A stretch of DNA of 64,000 bases from the human T2T-CHM13v2.0 reference genome, Homo sapiens, in the NCBI RefSeq assembly GCF_009914755.1, contig NC_060931.1. One strand, given 5' to 3'. The position numbers and the translations under genes are program-made. Numbering within the stretch: the stretch's first letter is position 1; every line of letters begins with the position of its first letter. Positions 29,742-50,483 of the stretch are shown one piece after another. A model generated the notes under the pieces. That model was given only the letters and a program-made list of their open reading frames with translations. It did not search any database and had not been told where the DNA came from.

Positions 29742-30437
29742 CATAATCTGAGAAACAAAAATAGATGTCCCTTTATCAACTAAGATGGACCCCAAGGTTA
29801 AGAAAACAAAAATTAGCTATGAGCTAAAGGTTCAGGGCTCAGCTGGCATGTCAATTCCCTAAATTTCTATGGCTACAAAAAACAAACAAACAAACAAAAA
29901 AACCACACACACACACCTTGCTAAACTCTTTAACAACAAGAGCTATTAGACAAATTGCCAGACTCCCTTCCTAACTCTGATTTACAACCCAGACCACTAA
30001 AATTCTGACTGGATAGAGAATCTGCCTTACAAATACTCCTTCCTGAAAGGCAACTGCAGACCTTAAGCCAGTTTCAGCAAGCTAATAGAGACTGCACACA
30101 AATTCTTTGTGTTTTATAGTCAACCTTTCAATAGACAGAGCCAAATTCTACCTCATTTTAATGCTAAAACCCCACCCCAAAGTGAACATGGAACGTTAAG
30201 TTACATACATGTCTACCCATTGAACATGTGCTCAACCCCCCCTCATAAATATGTATAGCTTTACCCAAAACAAGCTGAATATGTAAGACCCTATTGTTAA
30301 TATGGACCCTTTCCCTTTGGAAGAGAGAGTGCCTTCAGTCCACACCAGAGACCATATCTTCCCAAATTGCAAGTTGATGTCACCAATAAATCTCTTCTTT
30401 CTACTATTTAGCCATCCTGGTGGTCATTTGGACTAGA
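29742..30437 (+). mobile_element. ERV1-class solo LTR (MER39-like) inserted in L1 ORF2
   Basis: 696 bp; aataaa near the 3' end; ends ctatttagccatcctggtggtcatttggactaga; 4-bp TSD cttc (29738-29741, 30438-30441); the L1 resumes either side. Confidence 0.75.
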
Positions 30438-32979
30438 CTTCTATGACCACAAAAGAAAGAAATCAGAAAGTCTTAACAGAAGGACATCTAGAATGTATAC
30501 AAATATGTGGAAATTGAACAACATACTCCTAAACAACAAACAGGTCAAAAAAATTATAAGGGAAATTAGAAAATACTTGTAGATGAATGAAAATGAAAAT
30601 ACAACCTACCAAAAAGTATGGGTTGCAGTTAAAGCAGTATTCAGAAGGAAATGTATGGGTGTAAACACCTATACTTAACAAGAAGAAAGATTTCAAATCA
30701 ATTACTTAACGTCACACCTTAAGAAACTAGAAAAAGAAGAATGAATTAAAACCAGAGGTAGCAAAAAGAAGGAAATAATAAAGAGTAGAAAAGATATAAA
30801 ATACAGAATAGAAAAAGCAATAAAGAAAACAAAACTGGTTTTTGGAAAAAATGCAATAAAATTGACAAACATTCACATAGAGAAATCAAAGTAGAGACAT
30901 TACTACCTACCTTTCAGAAATAAAAAGGATAACAAGAGAACAATATAAACCATTGTAGGCCAATAAATTAAGTAACCTAAATGAAATAAATTGCTAGAAA
31001 CACACAAACTACCAAAACTGACTCAAGAATAAACAGAAAATATGAATAGGTCTATAACTAAGTAAGGAGTTTGAATCACTAATCAAAAACCTGCCAACAA
31101 AGAAAAAACCAGAACCCAAAGGCCTCAGTGATTAATTCTATCAGTTAAAGAAGAATTAAATAAAATTCATCTCACTTTCTTCCAAAAGAATAGAAGAGGA
31201 GGTAACACTTCCAAACTCATATCATGAAGCTAGCATTACCCTGACACCAATGCCAGAAAATTATATGATTACAGGCCAATATCCATTATGAATGCAAAAT
31301 TCTTAATTAAAAAATAGCAAACCAATTCCAGCAGTATGGTAAAGAATACACCATGACCAAGTGGGGTATAATCCAGGAATGCAAAGATTGTTGAACATAT
31401 AACAATCAAAATAGAGTACAATGCATTAATAGAAGGCAGGGTGAAAATTAAAAAAAACACATGATAATCTCATTTCATATAAAAGTAGTACTTAACAAAA
31501 TACAAAGTCCTTTCATTATAAACCCACAGCAAGTATCATACTCAACAGTGAAAGACTGAAAGCTTTCCTCCTAAGATCAAGAACAAGACTAAGATGCCAA
31601 TTGTGCCACTTCTACTAAACATTGTGCTGGAAGCCCAAGCAAGAGCAATTTTGCAAGAAAAAGGTGTAAAATGTATCCAGGGTGGAAAGTGTGAAGTAAA
31701 ACTATTGCTATCCACAGACAACATGATCTTCTATATAAAAACTACTAAAGATTTCACACACACAAAAAAAACACTATTAGAGCTAATAAAGGAATTCAAC
31801 CAAAGGTGCACAATCCATTTTTAAAAAAAAAAAACCCAGTGTATTTCTATACACTAGCAATGACCAATGTATAAAGGGAATTAAGAAAATTCTACTTATA
31901 ATAGCATCAGAAATAATAAAATACTTAGAAATAAATTTGTCAAGAGTTACAGGACTATAGTTATACACTGAAAACTGTAAAATGCTGCTGAAAGAAATTA
32001 CACAAGTTTAAATAAATGCAAAGCTATCCTGTGTTCACAGATTAAAAGACTTAATATTGTTAAGGTGGCAATAATATCCAAAGCTATGTCCAGATCCAAT
32101 GAAATCCCTATCAAAACCCCAATGGTAATTTTTGTCAGAAACGGAAGAGATGCTAAAAATCATATGGAATTACAATCTCAAATTACCAAAACAATGTTGA
32201 AAAGGAAGAACAAAATTGGAGGCACTCTCACTTCTCAATTTCAAAAGTGCCACAAATCAAACAGTAATCAAAATGGTGTACTGACAGAAGAACAGAAATA
32301 CAGAACAATGAAATAGAATTGAGAGTTCAGAGATAAGCCCATATATTTACGGTTAACTGACTTTCAACAAGGATGCCAAGACCATTCAGTGTGGAAAAGA
32401 ATGGTCTCTTCAACAAATGTTCTTGGACAACCAGACAGCCACTTGCAAAATATGAAGTATAAGGTTGAACCCATACCTCATACTATATATACAATTAGCT
32501 CAAAATGAATCTTAGACGTAAGTGTAATAGCTAAAACTACAGAAGGAGTAAATCTTGATGACCTCAGATTTGGCAACATATTCTTAGAAATGCCACTGAA
32601 AGTACAAGAAACACAAGGAAAAAATAGGTAAATTGGACATCATCAAAATTAAAATCAACTGGGCATCAGAGGATATTATTAAGAAAGTGAGGAAACAACC
32701 TATAAAATGGAAGAAATATTTGCATATCGCATATTAACAAGAATACAGTATTTGGAATATATAAAGAACTCTTACAACAACACCAAAAAGACACACAACC
32801 AAATTTTAAATTGAGCAAAGGACTTGAATAAACATTTCTCCAAAGAAGATACACAGATAACCAATGAGCACAGGAAAAGATGCTCAACAACATTTGCCTT
32901 TGGAGAAATGCAAATCAAGCCCATAATGCTTTATTTCTATTGGATATCATCTCTTTAATGAGTCTAGTATACTTTCAGC

Positions 32980-33279
32980 TTTTGTTTTTTGTTGTTGTTG
33001 TTGTTGCTGTTGTTGTTGTTGTTGTTCTTTTAACAGATTCTCACTCTGTCAGCCAGGCTGCAGTGCAGTGGCACGATCTCGGCTCACTGAAACCTCAGCT
33101 TCCCGGGTTCAAGTGATTCTCCTGCCTCAGCCTCCCAAGTAGCTGGGATTATAGGCCCATGCCACCAGGCCCGGCTAATTTTTGTATTTTTAGTAGAGGC
33201 AGGTTTCGCCATGTTGGCCAGGCTGGTCCCAAACTCCTGACCTCAAGTCATCCACCTGCCTCAGCCTCACAAAGTGCTG
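32980..33279 (-). mobile_element. AluS element with (GTT)n tail microsatellite, 5' end truncated
   Basis: (gtt)n at ~32990-33026 followed by antisense Alu ending at caaagtgctg. Confidence 0.93.
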
Positions 33280-33375
33280 AACCTGAAGAGAGCCAAACTT
33301 TCAGGTTTTCTAAGGACTGATCTACCTATTAAACAGACCCAGGGGCTGGGGAAAAACTCTCAATGTATTTCTGGT

Positions 33376-33467
33376 GAAGAGGAGAGAGAGGGAAGGACAG
33401 GGAAGGGAAGGGGAATAGCAAGGGGAGGGGAGGGCAGAGGAGAAGGAAAGAGAGGAGAAGAGAAGGG
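33376..33467. repeat. GA-rich polypurine low-complexity tract
   Basis: About 90 bp almost entirely A/G. Confidence 0.85.
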
Positions 33468-34248
33468 ACCCCAGGTGAAAAGTAAGGAAGATAAAAGACA
33501 GAAAATGAGGCTGAACTTGTTTTTTTCCCTTAAAGCTTCATGCCTCTCAATTGTGCTTCTAAAACTTCAATCCTAGATGGCCAAAAAAGAAAGAGAAGGG
33601 AAAGTCAGGGAAATGATTAAATACAATCAAACTCTGATAGCAGAGAAATAATAATTTAAAAAAAAAACCCTAAAAAAGGAGAAAGGAAACTAGCAAGCAA
33701 TAACATTTGAGATGAAAGGGGAAGGGTGCCCTACTGTCACTCGGACCCCTTAAAAACACATGCGTGGGTATTCCTAAGTGGTCATTCATAAACCATTATA
33801 AATATAAAGATAAATATAAAGATATAAATATAAAGTCCAATTCTTTGTTTTCCAGAAAACACTGGGCCTCTACTCCACATTATTAAGAAAAGCATACTAA
33901 GCTGGACGGTTCCTCTGGTCTATGATATTAACCCGTCTTATAATTAGATGATTTTACAAATTAAATCATTATATCTAAATATCATGACATTCCTTATACT
34001 AAATTCCACTCTACAGTAAATTATCATAACAGTGTAAGTTATTGAGAGAACAAACTTTTCATTAGTACACGAATCAGCAGAATTCTATTTGAGGGGTTAA
34101 CAGCACTAAGTCAAAGTAGAGAACAAAATATATTTGGATGTATGGTGTTTATGTTTATATCATAAAAATGCTGTGAGTAATTAACAACTTTTTTAACTAT
34201 TAGTTATGTGTTCTCCATTTGCTTTTCTAACAAATTGTATAGACTTAC

Positions 34249-34467
34249 CTGAAAATGCAAAGAACAATTCATTTTGCAAACCAGCTCTTTGCATTTTAAC
34301 GCGATGGCATTCAGACTTAAGTAAGGAAATTTCACATGAAAGGTCAAGAAGCAGTTTGCTTAAAATCTGAAGAAGTTTCTTCTCAAAAGAAATATTATAA
34401 ATGCTATTGCAGGGAGCTGCATGATATCGAGCTGTGAACTGATAATAATAATGAGGCTCACGATAAG
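34249..34467 (-). CDS. ZPBP: ZPBP internal coding exon (probably exon 5), 219 bp, phase 1-1
   Basis: ttttttacag|CTTATCGTGAG...TTTTCAG|gtaagt. Translation (A)[72 protein letters not shown](V). Confidence 0.96.
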
Positions 34468-35722
34468 CTGTAAAAAATTAAGAAGAGAAAGACACAAAAA
34501 TGGTTATTTAAATAATTCAAACATATTGCAACTATTTAAGAAATATCATTATTTGGTATGAATTCTTGGTACATGTTTTTAGATATAATTATATTTATTT
34601 TTAGTTCTCCAACACTTATCTTGCAGTTACTAAGTACCAAATACTATGATAGACACTTTACAAATAGTGACTCATTTGAATCTCTCAACATCATTAAGAT
34701 TTTCTATCCATCATAAAGAAATTGAGGGAGGCAGGGATTATGTCACATGTCCAATGCCTATGCTATCAAAACTAAGATTCTAACTTACCGAGCCTGGTCC
34801 CAGAGCCTCTTTTATTTACCTCAACACTATGCTGCTCAAACTCAGGTACAACACTTCTCTAAGTTTAAATATTTATCTTGGAAGAAATTAAAGTCATATA
34901 ATTATGAACAATATTCAAAAATATATGTTTCTAATAAATACACAATTAGTTTTATTGAGTTGAGTACAACATCTGGAACTGAGAACACACACACACACAC
35001 ATATATATATATATTTTGCCCATCCCAAATTCTCACTGAAATGACACAAGAAAAATAAAAATGAAAAGAAATTCACTACAATACCAAAAGTCAGAAAAGT
35101 TCATCTTCCAAAACAGGGCGCTCTGTTGCTACTTCTGTCAAACAAGGGAGACTTCCCTGCCTGTTCCTGGATTACGCTCAGGAAAAGCTTCCTGCACACA
35201 CTGAAGTGCACCCAGCCATTGTTTACTTTCTTACCTACACATTTAAGCTAAAATTAAGTACACATACTTAGCTACTGTCCATCTTTGTATTTGGAGTAGA
35301 GACCAGACAGCTTCTAATTGCTGAGGAAACCTCTATAGGTTTCATTTCTGAACAGGAATTCTAACATGCTTTTTGTACTGATTCATCCATCAGCGTAGGT
35401 ACACATTTATCATGTATATATTACATATATCATGATTTATAATATCAAAGATATGTAATATATACAAATATCACATAGAATAACTGAACCTGAGGGGTCA
35501 GAGCTGGAACTATAGTTGAGTCACAGTATGACTGGGGACAGGGAAAGAAAACTTTTTCTCTCCAGAAATCTGACTCATATCAAGGTATTACCTGAAATAG
35601 AATTAAGTCTGAATTTAAGTCAAAATATCCCCCAAATTCTCTGAAACACTGTATCAAAAGTATACTCTTCTGAGTGTCCAGCAGAAGTACACACAAACCA
35701 GCAACAATTCAGGATCAGCTTA

Positions 35723-38510
<2,788 letters not shown>

Positions 38511-38599
38511 TATTCAATTGCCAGCACAGTTCAAGGCCACTGCCTTGCTTTCTACTAAATAGGTGACAGTAATTCACCCACCATAAGTGCAAATATCAA

Positions 38600-38719
38600 C
38601 ACAGTAGAAATAGCAAATAATGTCTTAGTATAATAATAAATTAGTTTTCACTTTACTGATCCCTTGAAAGTGTCTCAGGGACTCCCAGAGTTTCACAGAC
38701 CATAATTTGAGAACCACTG
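38600..38719. mobile_element. hAT-Charlie terminal fragment (Charlie1-like)
   Basis: cccttgaaagtgtctcagggactcccagag...gaccataatttgagaaccactg. Confidence 0.65.
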
Positions 38720-39261
38720 ATCTATAGTCAAAGTACTGTTAGAAATTGACAAGTGCACAAAAACAGGAAAACAGGCAAAATATATAAACTGAAAATCTTA
38801 TATGGGAAAATAAACATACATAAATAGATGCTCAAAGATAACAGTATTAAGAAAAATGCAAATTATAAGTGATACAGTTTTTTACACCCACTATATAGAT
38901 TAAAAGAGCAATAAAACCTATTTTGTTGGTGGTAAGGATACAAAGAAGTATATGTACATTATTAAAATTTAAGAAAATGTAAAAATGTAAACCCTCAAAA
39001 TGTTAAAGAGAGGAATAAATTAAGAACAGGAAATTATAAAACAAAAACAGGTGGATATGACCAAAAACAAGTGGGGATTATAAAAATGCAAGATCTAATA
39101 TATTGGAGAATGAAAATATCGTCATTGAAATAAAAAGAAAAATCACCAAAGTTAAAAAATAAATAACTTAAGTGAAATAGATAAGCCAAATGGCAGACAT
39201 AACACACCTGAAGAAACATTTGGTAAATTGCATGAGAGTGCCTAAAATACACCACATTTAA

Positions 39262-39622
<361 letters not shown>

Positions 39623-40526
39623 AATAAATATGTTTAATTAGCATTCCAGAAATAAAAAATTGTCAGAAGGAGGCTTTGAAAGAAGTCAACAAAACACAAA
39701 ACTTCAACATTGTAATATGTAAACCACATTCTCTGACACACATATCAAAATAAAAATCAACAACAAAAATCCCTCAAACATTTTTAAACAAATAAAATAG
39801 TACTAAATAACAAATGACTATAAAAGAAATCATAGTAAATATGACTAAATATTTAGAAATGATGATAAACATATCAGTAATTGTGGGATGCAATTATAGT
39901 AATAAAAAGTAAATTTATAGTCTTAACTAGGTTTACCCAAAAAATAGAAAGAAAATAAGTGAGCTAACTGTACAACTCAAGAGTCTACATAAAGAACAAG
40001 GTTAACACAAGAAAGGAAGTTAGGGAAAGAGAACAAGAAAAATCAAAGAAGGAATCCCTGAGAAATACAAAAAATAATTATAATTTAGGTAGAAGGACAG
40101 TAAAATCCATGATACATAAAGAAAACATCAAAAAATGTACTAATTAACAGAAAAAATTGTAAAATTTAATATATAAAGAAAAAACAAATAACTACACAAA
40201 ACACTATAAATATCTTCATGTCAATGAATTTGGAGAGTTGGATTAAAACTATTTCTAGGAGAAATTAAATTTTTACTCATAATATGAATACTATAATGTG
40301 TGCAAGAAGAAATAAACTGAATAAAGTAATCACTACTACTAAAAAATAACTGTGGGAGACAGACTTCTGACTAGACAGCTGGAGGAGCTCTGCAAACTCC
40401 AACAAAGCTGCTATAAATTCTTTTTTAAAAACAACCATTAAACAGTCTTTGGAAATTGTCCTAAGGGCATAGAAAAAATAAAGAAACATTTATTCAAAGA
40501 AGTCTATCGCATGTCAGTAAGAACAG

Positions 40527-40901
40527 TGTAATAGTCCGTTCTCACACTGCTATAAAGAACTACTTAAGACTGGGTAATTTATTAAGAAAAGAGGTTTAGC
40601 TAACTCACAGTTCTGCAGGCTGTACAGAAGCATGGCTGGAAAGCCTCAGGAAACTCACAATCATGATTGAAGGTGAAGGGGAAGCAAGCAGGTCTTACCA
40701 TGATGGAGCAGGAGAGACAGAGTGTGAAGAAAGAAGTGCTACACACTTTCAGACAACTAGATCTCATGAGAACTCACTATCACAAGCACAAGGAGGAAAT
40801 CCGCCCCCATGATCTAATCACCTCCCAACAGGTCCTTCCCCCAAAATTGGGGAGTACAATTAAACATGAGATTTAGGTGGGAAGACAGCCAAACCATATC
40901 A
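40527..40901 (-). mobile_element. MSTA/THE1D-type MaLR solo LTR
   Basis: tgtaatagtccgttctcacactgctataaagaac ... cagccaaaccatatca; 5-bp TSD aacag (40522-40526, 40902-40906). Confidence 0.92.
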
Positions 40902-41839
40902 AACAGTATTTGAACAAAGCATATGAATCAAGACCTGCTCCCTTCCTCCCTCCCCTCAGCTCAAGGAGAGAGACACTCCATTCCAGATTTCTACAGCCTA
41001 ACACAGGGTTCTTTCCCCACCCAGCTTTCAGTTAATAGACTATCTCCCAGGAAAGGAAGGATGTCAGCATTTCTCATCCTAGCCCCAGCTCCGTGTTGCT
41101 GAAGTTATTAAGTTGCAGGTGAATCTGGCTGAGAGGTGATGGCTACCTTCTTCCACCTAGTCCTACCTCCTGAGACAGAGGCTCTAAATCAGGTAGAGGA
41201 ACACTGAGAATACTGAGTCCTCCATCACCCTTACCCCAATTCATGGTGTAAGGGTTCCACATCAGGACTATAAGCTGATGATCCCTACGACTCCTGCTAC
41301 CCCTACATCAAATGCTCAGCTCCTAAAGCAGGGTGTCACTCAGAAAGCAGCACACCACTGTCCCCAGCCTCAGCTTCAGTGCTATCGCTCAGAGAATTTA
41401 TCCAGGGAAGAGAACCAGGCTGCAGAACAGAAAGCTCTGAATCTCAAAGGAACTGGTTTCACTTGCGTGTAAGTGTAGACAAGCTCAACTGAGAACAGAT
41501 TCATAGATTCACTGGCGTTATAAGCTAAACTACAAGTTGGCCAGACAGCAACACAGAGTCACCTAGGAGAAGCAATACTGGGATCAGAACATATCTCAAA
41601 CACTGATCTAAAGAACTAATACTTCAAGAAACCCAAATTTAACTGGATCAGTAGAGCAATTTATTTCCTAGGGCACTGTTGAAAGCAATAGATCAATCAT
41701 CTGAGTGAGTATGTTTAGGAAAAGAGACAGTCAGAGATAGCCCTGCCAAAACTGCTGTGGGTACACCCAAGCTGCATCTTCCAAGGACATACATCAGAGG
41801 CTTCACCTAGCAACTTCACCCCAGAGTTGCTACAATATA

Positions 41840-42179
41840 CAGTCATGTGCTGCATAATTATGTTTTGGTCAACAACAAACGGCATATACAATGTTGGTCC
41901 CATAGATGATAATACCTTATTTTTAGTCTACCTTTATTATATTTAGATATGTTTAGATACACAAATACCACAGTATTACAACTACATACAGTATTCAATA
42001 CAGTATCATGCTCTGTAGGTTTGTAGCCTAGGAGGAAAAGGCCATACCACGTAGCCTACGTGTGCAGTAAGCTATACCATCTAGGTTTGTATAAGTAAAC
42101 TCTATGACGTTCACAAAATAAAATTGTCTAATGACACATTTCTCAGAATATATCCCCATCATTAAGAAACACATAACTA
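41840..42179. mobile_element. Tigger3a/MER7A-like DNA transposon
   Basis: TA|cagtcatgtgctgcataa ... ttaagaaacacataacta termini; 340 bp. Confidence 0.85.
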
Positions 42180-44883
42180 GATTATCTAAAATGTGAAGTT
42201 TCTGACAAAAATTTGTAAAACACGTAAGGAAACGGGACATATACTGGAAAAAGGGAAGCAACAGCTGTGACAGTGACCAGATGTGGGATTTAAAAAATAA
42301 ACACTTCAAATAATTCATTATAAATATGTTAAAAGAATTAAAGGAAACCAAAATTGAAGAAGATATGGTTATAAAATCACATCAAATAGAGAATATAAAG
42401 ACTGATATTATAAAAAAGAATAAAATGGAAATGCAAGAGCTGAAAAGTAAAAATACTAAGAGGGTTCAAGAGTAGATTTAAACTGGCAGGAGAAATAATT
42501 AGCAATATTTGCCACATACCTAGCTTATAATAAATTCTAAAAGAAGTGATTCAGAATTTAAAAATGTGATGCCAGCCAGTAATCTGAATCTACATGCAAA
42601 AAAAACAAAGTGCACCAATTAAGGTAGTTATGTAATCAAAAAGACAGTACAACTATGCATTTCTTCTACTCTTTTCCCTTTTACTGATTTAAAAGCAATT
42701 TCACAGAAGAATTTATATATAACATATAAATTGGGCCTATAACACATAAATATATATTTGCCAGTAATAACACAAAAGAGGTGGGTGAGAGAAGCTGTAT
42801 TGGTCTAAAACAAAATTCAGATGGTAACTTGAATCCAGGGAACAAATGAAGAGAACCACAAATGATAAATAAGAAGGCTGTATATGACAAAACCTATAAA
42901 TATATACTTCCTCTCCTTTCTACTCTCAGCTTATTTGAAAGATACAAAATTACGTAAAATAATAACAAGGTATTGTTTAGTTTGTAACATTTAAAGATGT
43001 AATATGTGTAATATTGATACCATAAAATACAGACAAACAGAAGTACATAAGAGTAACATTTCTATAGCTTGCTGGAATTAAATTAGTATAAATCTAAAAC
43101 TGATTCTGATAGGTTAATATGTATGTAGCAAGCTCTAGAGAAATTAATAAAGAACTGGAAATAAACAGCAAAAAGTAATTAAAGAAATGAAAATACTACA
43201 TTAGAAAATATTCATTTAATTCAACAGAATTAATGCAGAATAGAAGAACACACATGAAGAATATGGAAACAAAAAGTAAAATAGCAAAGTATATCCAAGT
43301 ATATCAATAATAACATTAAATGTTAATGGATTAAACAAGCCAATCAAAAAGCAGATGGTCAGACTAGATTTAAAAAGTTATATCCAACTACACTATATAT
43401 TGTCTACATGAGATGCACTTTAAATTCAAAGGTACAAATAGGTTGAAAGTAATAGAATGTTAAAAGATATACCATGCATACTGCAATCACAAGAATGCAA
43501 TAGTGGTGACACAATTAACAAACAAAACAGACTGTAAGTGGCTGGCGAGATGGCTGAATAGGAATAGCTCCAGTCTGCAGTTCCCAGCGAGATCAACGCA
43601 GAAGGCAGGTGATTTCTGCATTTCCAACTGAGGTACCTGGTTCATCTCATTGGGACTGGTTAGGCAGTGAATGCAGCCTACAGTGGGCGAGCTGAAGCAG
43701 GGTGGGTGTCGCCTCACCCGGGAAGCACAAGGGGTCAGAGAACTCCCTCCCCAAGCCAAGGGAAGACATGAGGGACTGTGCCATGAGGAATGCAGCCCAG
43801 ACACTACCCTTTTCCGACAGTCTTCGCAACCTGCAGACCAGGAGATTCCCTCAGGTACCTACACCACCAGGGCCCTGAGTTTCAAGCCCAAAACTTGGCG
43901 GCCATTTGGGCAGACACCGAGTGAGCTGCAGGAGTTTATTTTTCACACCCCATTGGTGCCTGGAACACCAGCGAGACAGAACCATTCACTCCCCTGGAAA
44001 GGGGGCTGAAACCAGGGAGCCAAGTAGTCTAGCTCAGCAGATCCCACCCCTACAGAGCCCAGCAAGCTAAGATCCACTGGCTTGAAATTCTCGCTGCCAG
44101 CACAGCTGTCTGAGGTCGACCTGGGATGCTCAAGCTTGGTGGGGGGAGGGGCATCTGCCATTACTGAGGCTTTAGTAGGCAGTTTTCCCCTCACAGTGTA
44201 AATAAAGCTGCCTGGAAGTTTGAACTGGGTGGAGCCCACCTCAGCTCTGCAAAGCCGCTATAGCCAGAGTGCCTATCTAGATTCCTCTTCTCTGGGAAGG
44301 GTATCTCTGAAAGAAAGGCAGCAGCCCCAGGCAGGGAATTATAGATAAAATTCCCATCTCCCTGGGACAGAGCACCTGGGGGAAGGGGCAGCTGTGGGTG
44401 CAGCTTCAGCAGGCTTAACCGCTCCTGCCTGCCAGCTCTAAAGACAGCAGTGGATCTCCCAGCACAGAGCTCAAGCTCTGCTAAGGAACAGACCACCTCC
44501 TCAAGTGGGTCCCTGACCCCCATGCCTCCTGACTGAAAGACACTTCCCAGCAGGCGTCGACAGACACCTCATACAGGAGAGCTCCGGCTGGCATCTGGCA
44601 GGTGCCCTCTGTGATGAAGCTTCCAGAGGAAGGAACAGGCAGCAATCTTTGCTGTACTGCAGCCTCCACTGGTGATACCTAGGCAAAGAAGGTCTCGAGT
44701 GGACCTCCTGCAAACTCCAGCAGACCTGCAGCAGAAGGGCCTGTTAGAAGGAAAACTAACAAACAGAAAGGAGTAGCATCGACATCAACAAAAAGGATGT
44801 TCACACAAAAACCCCATCCAAAGGTCACCAACATCTCCAAAGGTCACCAACATCAAAGACCAAAGGTAGATAAATTGATGAAG

Positions 44884-45900
44884 TTGAGGAAAACCAGTGC
44901 AAAAAGGCTGAAAATTCCAAAAACCAGAACACTTCTTCTCCTTCAAAGGATTACAACTCCTCACCAGCAAGGGAACAAAACTGGACAGAGAATGAGTTTG
45001 ATAAACTGACAGAAGTAAGCTTCAGAAGGTGGGTAATAACAAACACCTCTGAACTAAGGAGCATGTTGTAATCAGATGCAAGGAAGCTAAGAACCTTGAA
45101 AAAGGGTTAGACGAATTGCTAACTAGAATAACCAGTTTAGAAAAAAACATAAATGACCTGATGGAGCTAAAAACCACAGCATGAGAACTTCAAGAAGCAT
45201 ACACAAGTATCAATAGCCAAATCAATCAAGCAAAGAAAGGATATCAGAGATTGAAGATCAACTTAATGAAATAAAGCATGAAGACAAGATTAGAGAAAAA
45301 AGAATGAAAAGGAACAAACAAAGCCTCCAAGAAATATGGGACTATGTGAAAAGACCAAACCTACATTTGACTGGTGTATCTAAAAGTGACGAGGAGAATG
45401 GAATCAAGTTGGAAAACACTCTACAGGGATATTATCCAGGAGAACTTCCCCAACCTAGCAAGACAGGCCAACATTCAAATTCAGGAAATACAAAGAGCAC
45501 CACAAAGATACTCCTCAAGAAGAGCAACCCCAAGACACATAATTGTCAGACTCACCGAAGGTTGAAACGAAGGAAAAAATGTTAAGGGCAGCCAGATCAG
45601 GTTACCCACAAAGGCGAGCCCATCAGACTAACAGAAGATCTCTCTGCAGAAACCCTACAAGCCAGAAGAGAGTGGGGGCCAATATTCAACACTCTTAAAG
45701 AAAAGATTATTCAACCCAAAATTTCATATCCAGGCAAACTAAGCTTCATAAGTGAAGGAGAAATAAAATCCATTACAGACAAGCAAATGCTGAGAGATTG
45801 TGTCACCACCAGGCCTGCCTTACAAGAGCTCCTGAAGGAAGCACTAAATATGGAAAGGAAAAACTGTTACCAGCCACTGCAAAAACATACCAAATTGTAA
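44884..45900 (+). pseudogene. L1 ORF1p remnant (frameshifted)
   Basis: Fragments MKRNKQSLQEIWDYVKRPNL and DIIQENFPNLARQANIQIQEIQR in different frames. Confidence 0.9.
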
Positions 45901-45963
45901 AGAACATCAACACTATGAAGAAACTGCATCAACTAACAGGCAAAATAACCAGCTAGCATCATA

Positions 45964-49929
<3,966 letters not shown>

Positions 49930-50483
49930 AACCAGAAATACCATTTGACCCAGCAATCCCATTACTGGGTATATGCCCAAAGGATTATAAATCATTCTAC
50001 TATAAAGACACATGTATATGTATGTTTACTGCAGCATTATTCACAATAGCAAAGACTTAGAACCAACCCAAATGACCATCAATGATAGGCTAGATAAAGA
50101 AAATGTGGCATACGCACACCATGGAATAGTATGCAGCCATAAAAAAGGATGAGCTCATGTCCTTTGCAGGGACATGGAGGAAGCTGGAAAACACCATTTT
50201 CAGCAAATTAACACAGGAACAGAAAACCAAACACTGCATGTTCTCACTCATAAAGGGGAGCTGAACAATGAGAACACATGGACACAGGGAGTGGAACATC
50301 ACACACCAGGGCCTGTCGGGTGGTGGGGGAGCTAGGGGAGGGATAGCATTAGGAGAAATACCTAATGTAGATGACAGATTGATGGGTGCAGCAAACCACC
50401 ACGGTATGTGTATACCTATGTAACAAACCTACATGTTCTACACATGTATCCCAGAATTTAAACTATAATTAAAAAAAAAGAAA

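Larger units (their letters stand above)
23845..32920 (+). mobile_element. Composite of old L1M elements (two 5'/ORF1 regions, ORF2 segments) with nested insertions
   Basis: ORF1-like (gaattagtgaacttgaagacag) and ORF2-like (PLLLNIVLEAQARAI..LLSTDNMI) degenerate segments, all on +. Internal boundaries uncertain. Confidence 0.8.

Noticed and set aside
33274-33576. 100-aa G/E/R-rich ORF
   Set aside because: Product of a polypurine low-complexity tract.
33797-33835. Short ataaatataaag repeats
   Set aside because: Simple AT-rich slippage repeat with no spacers; not CRISPR-like.
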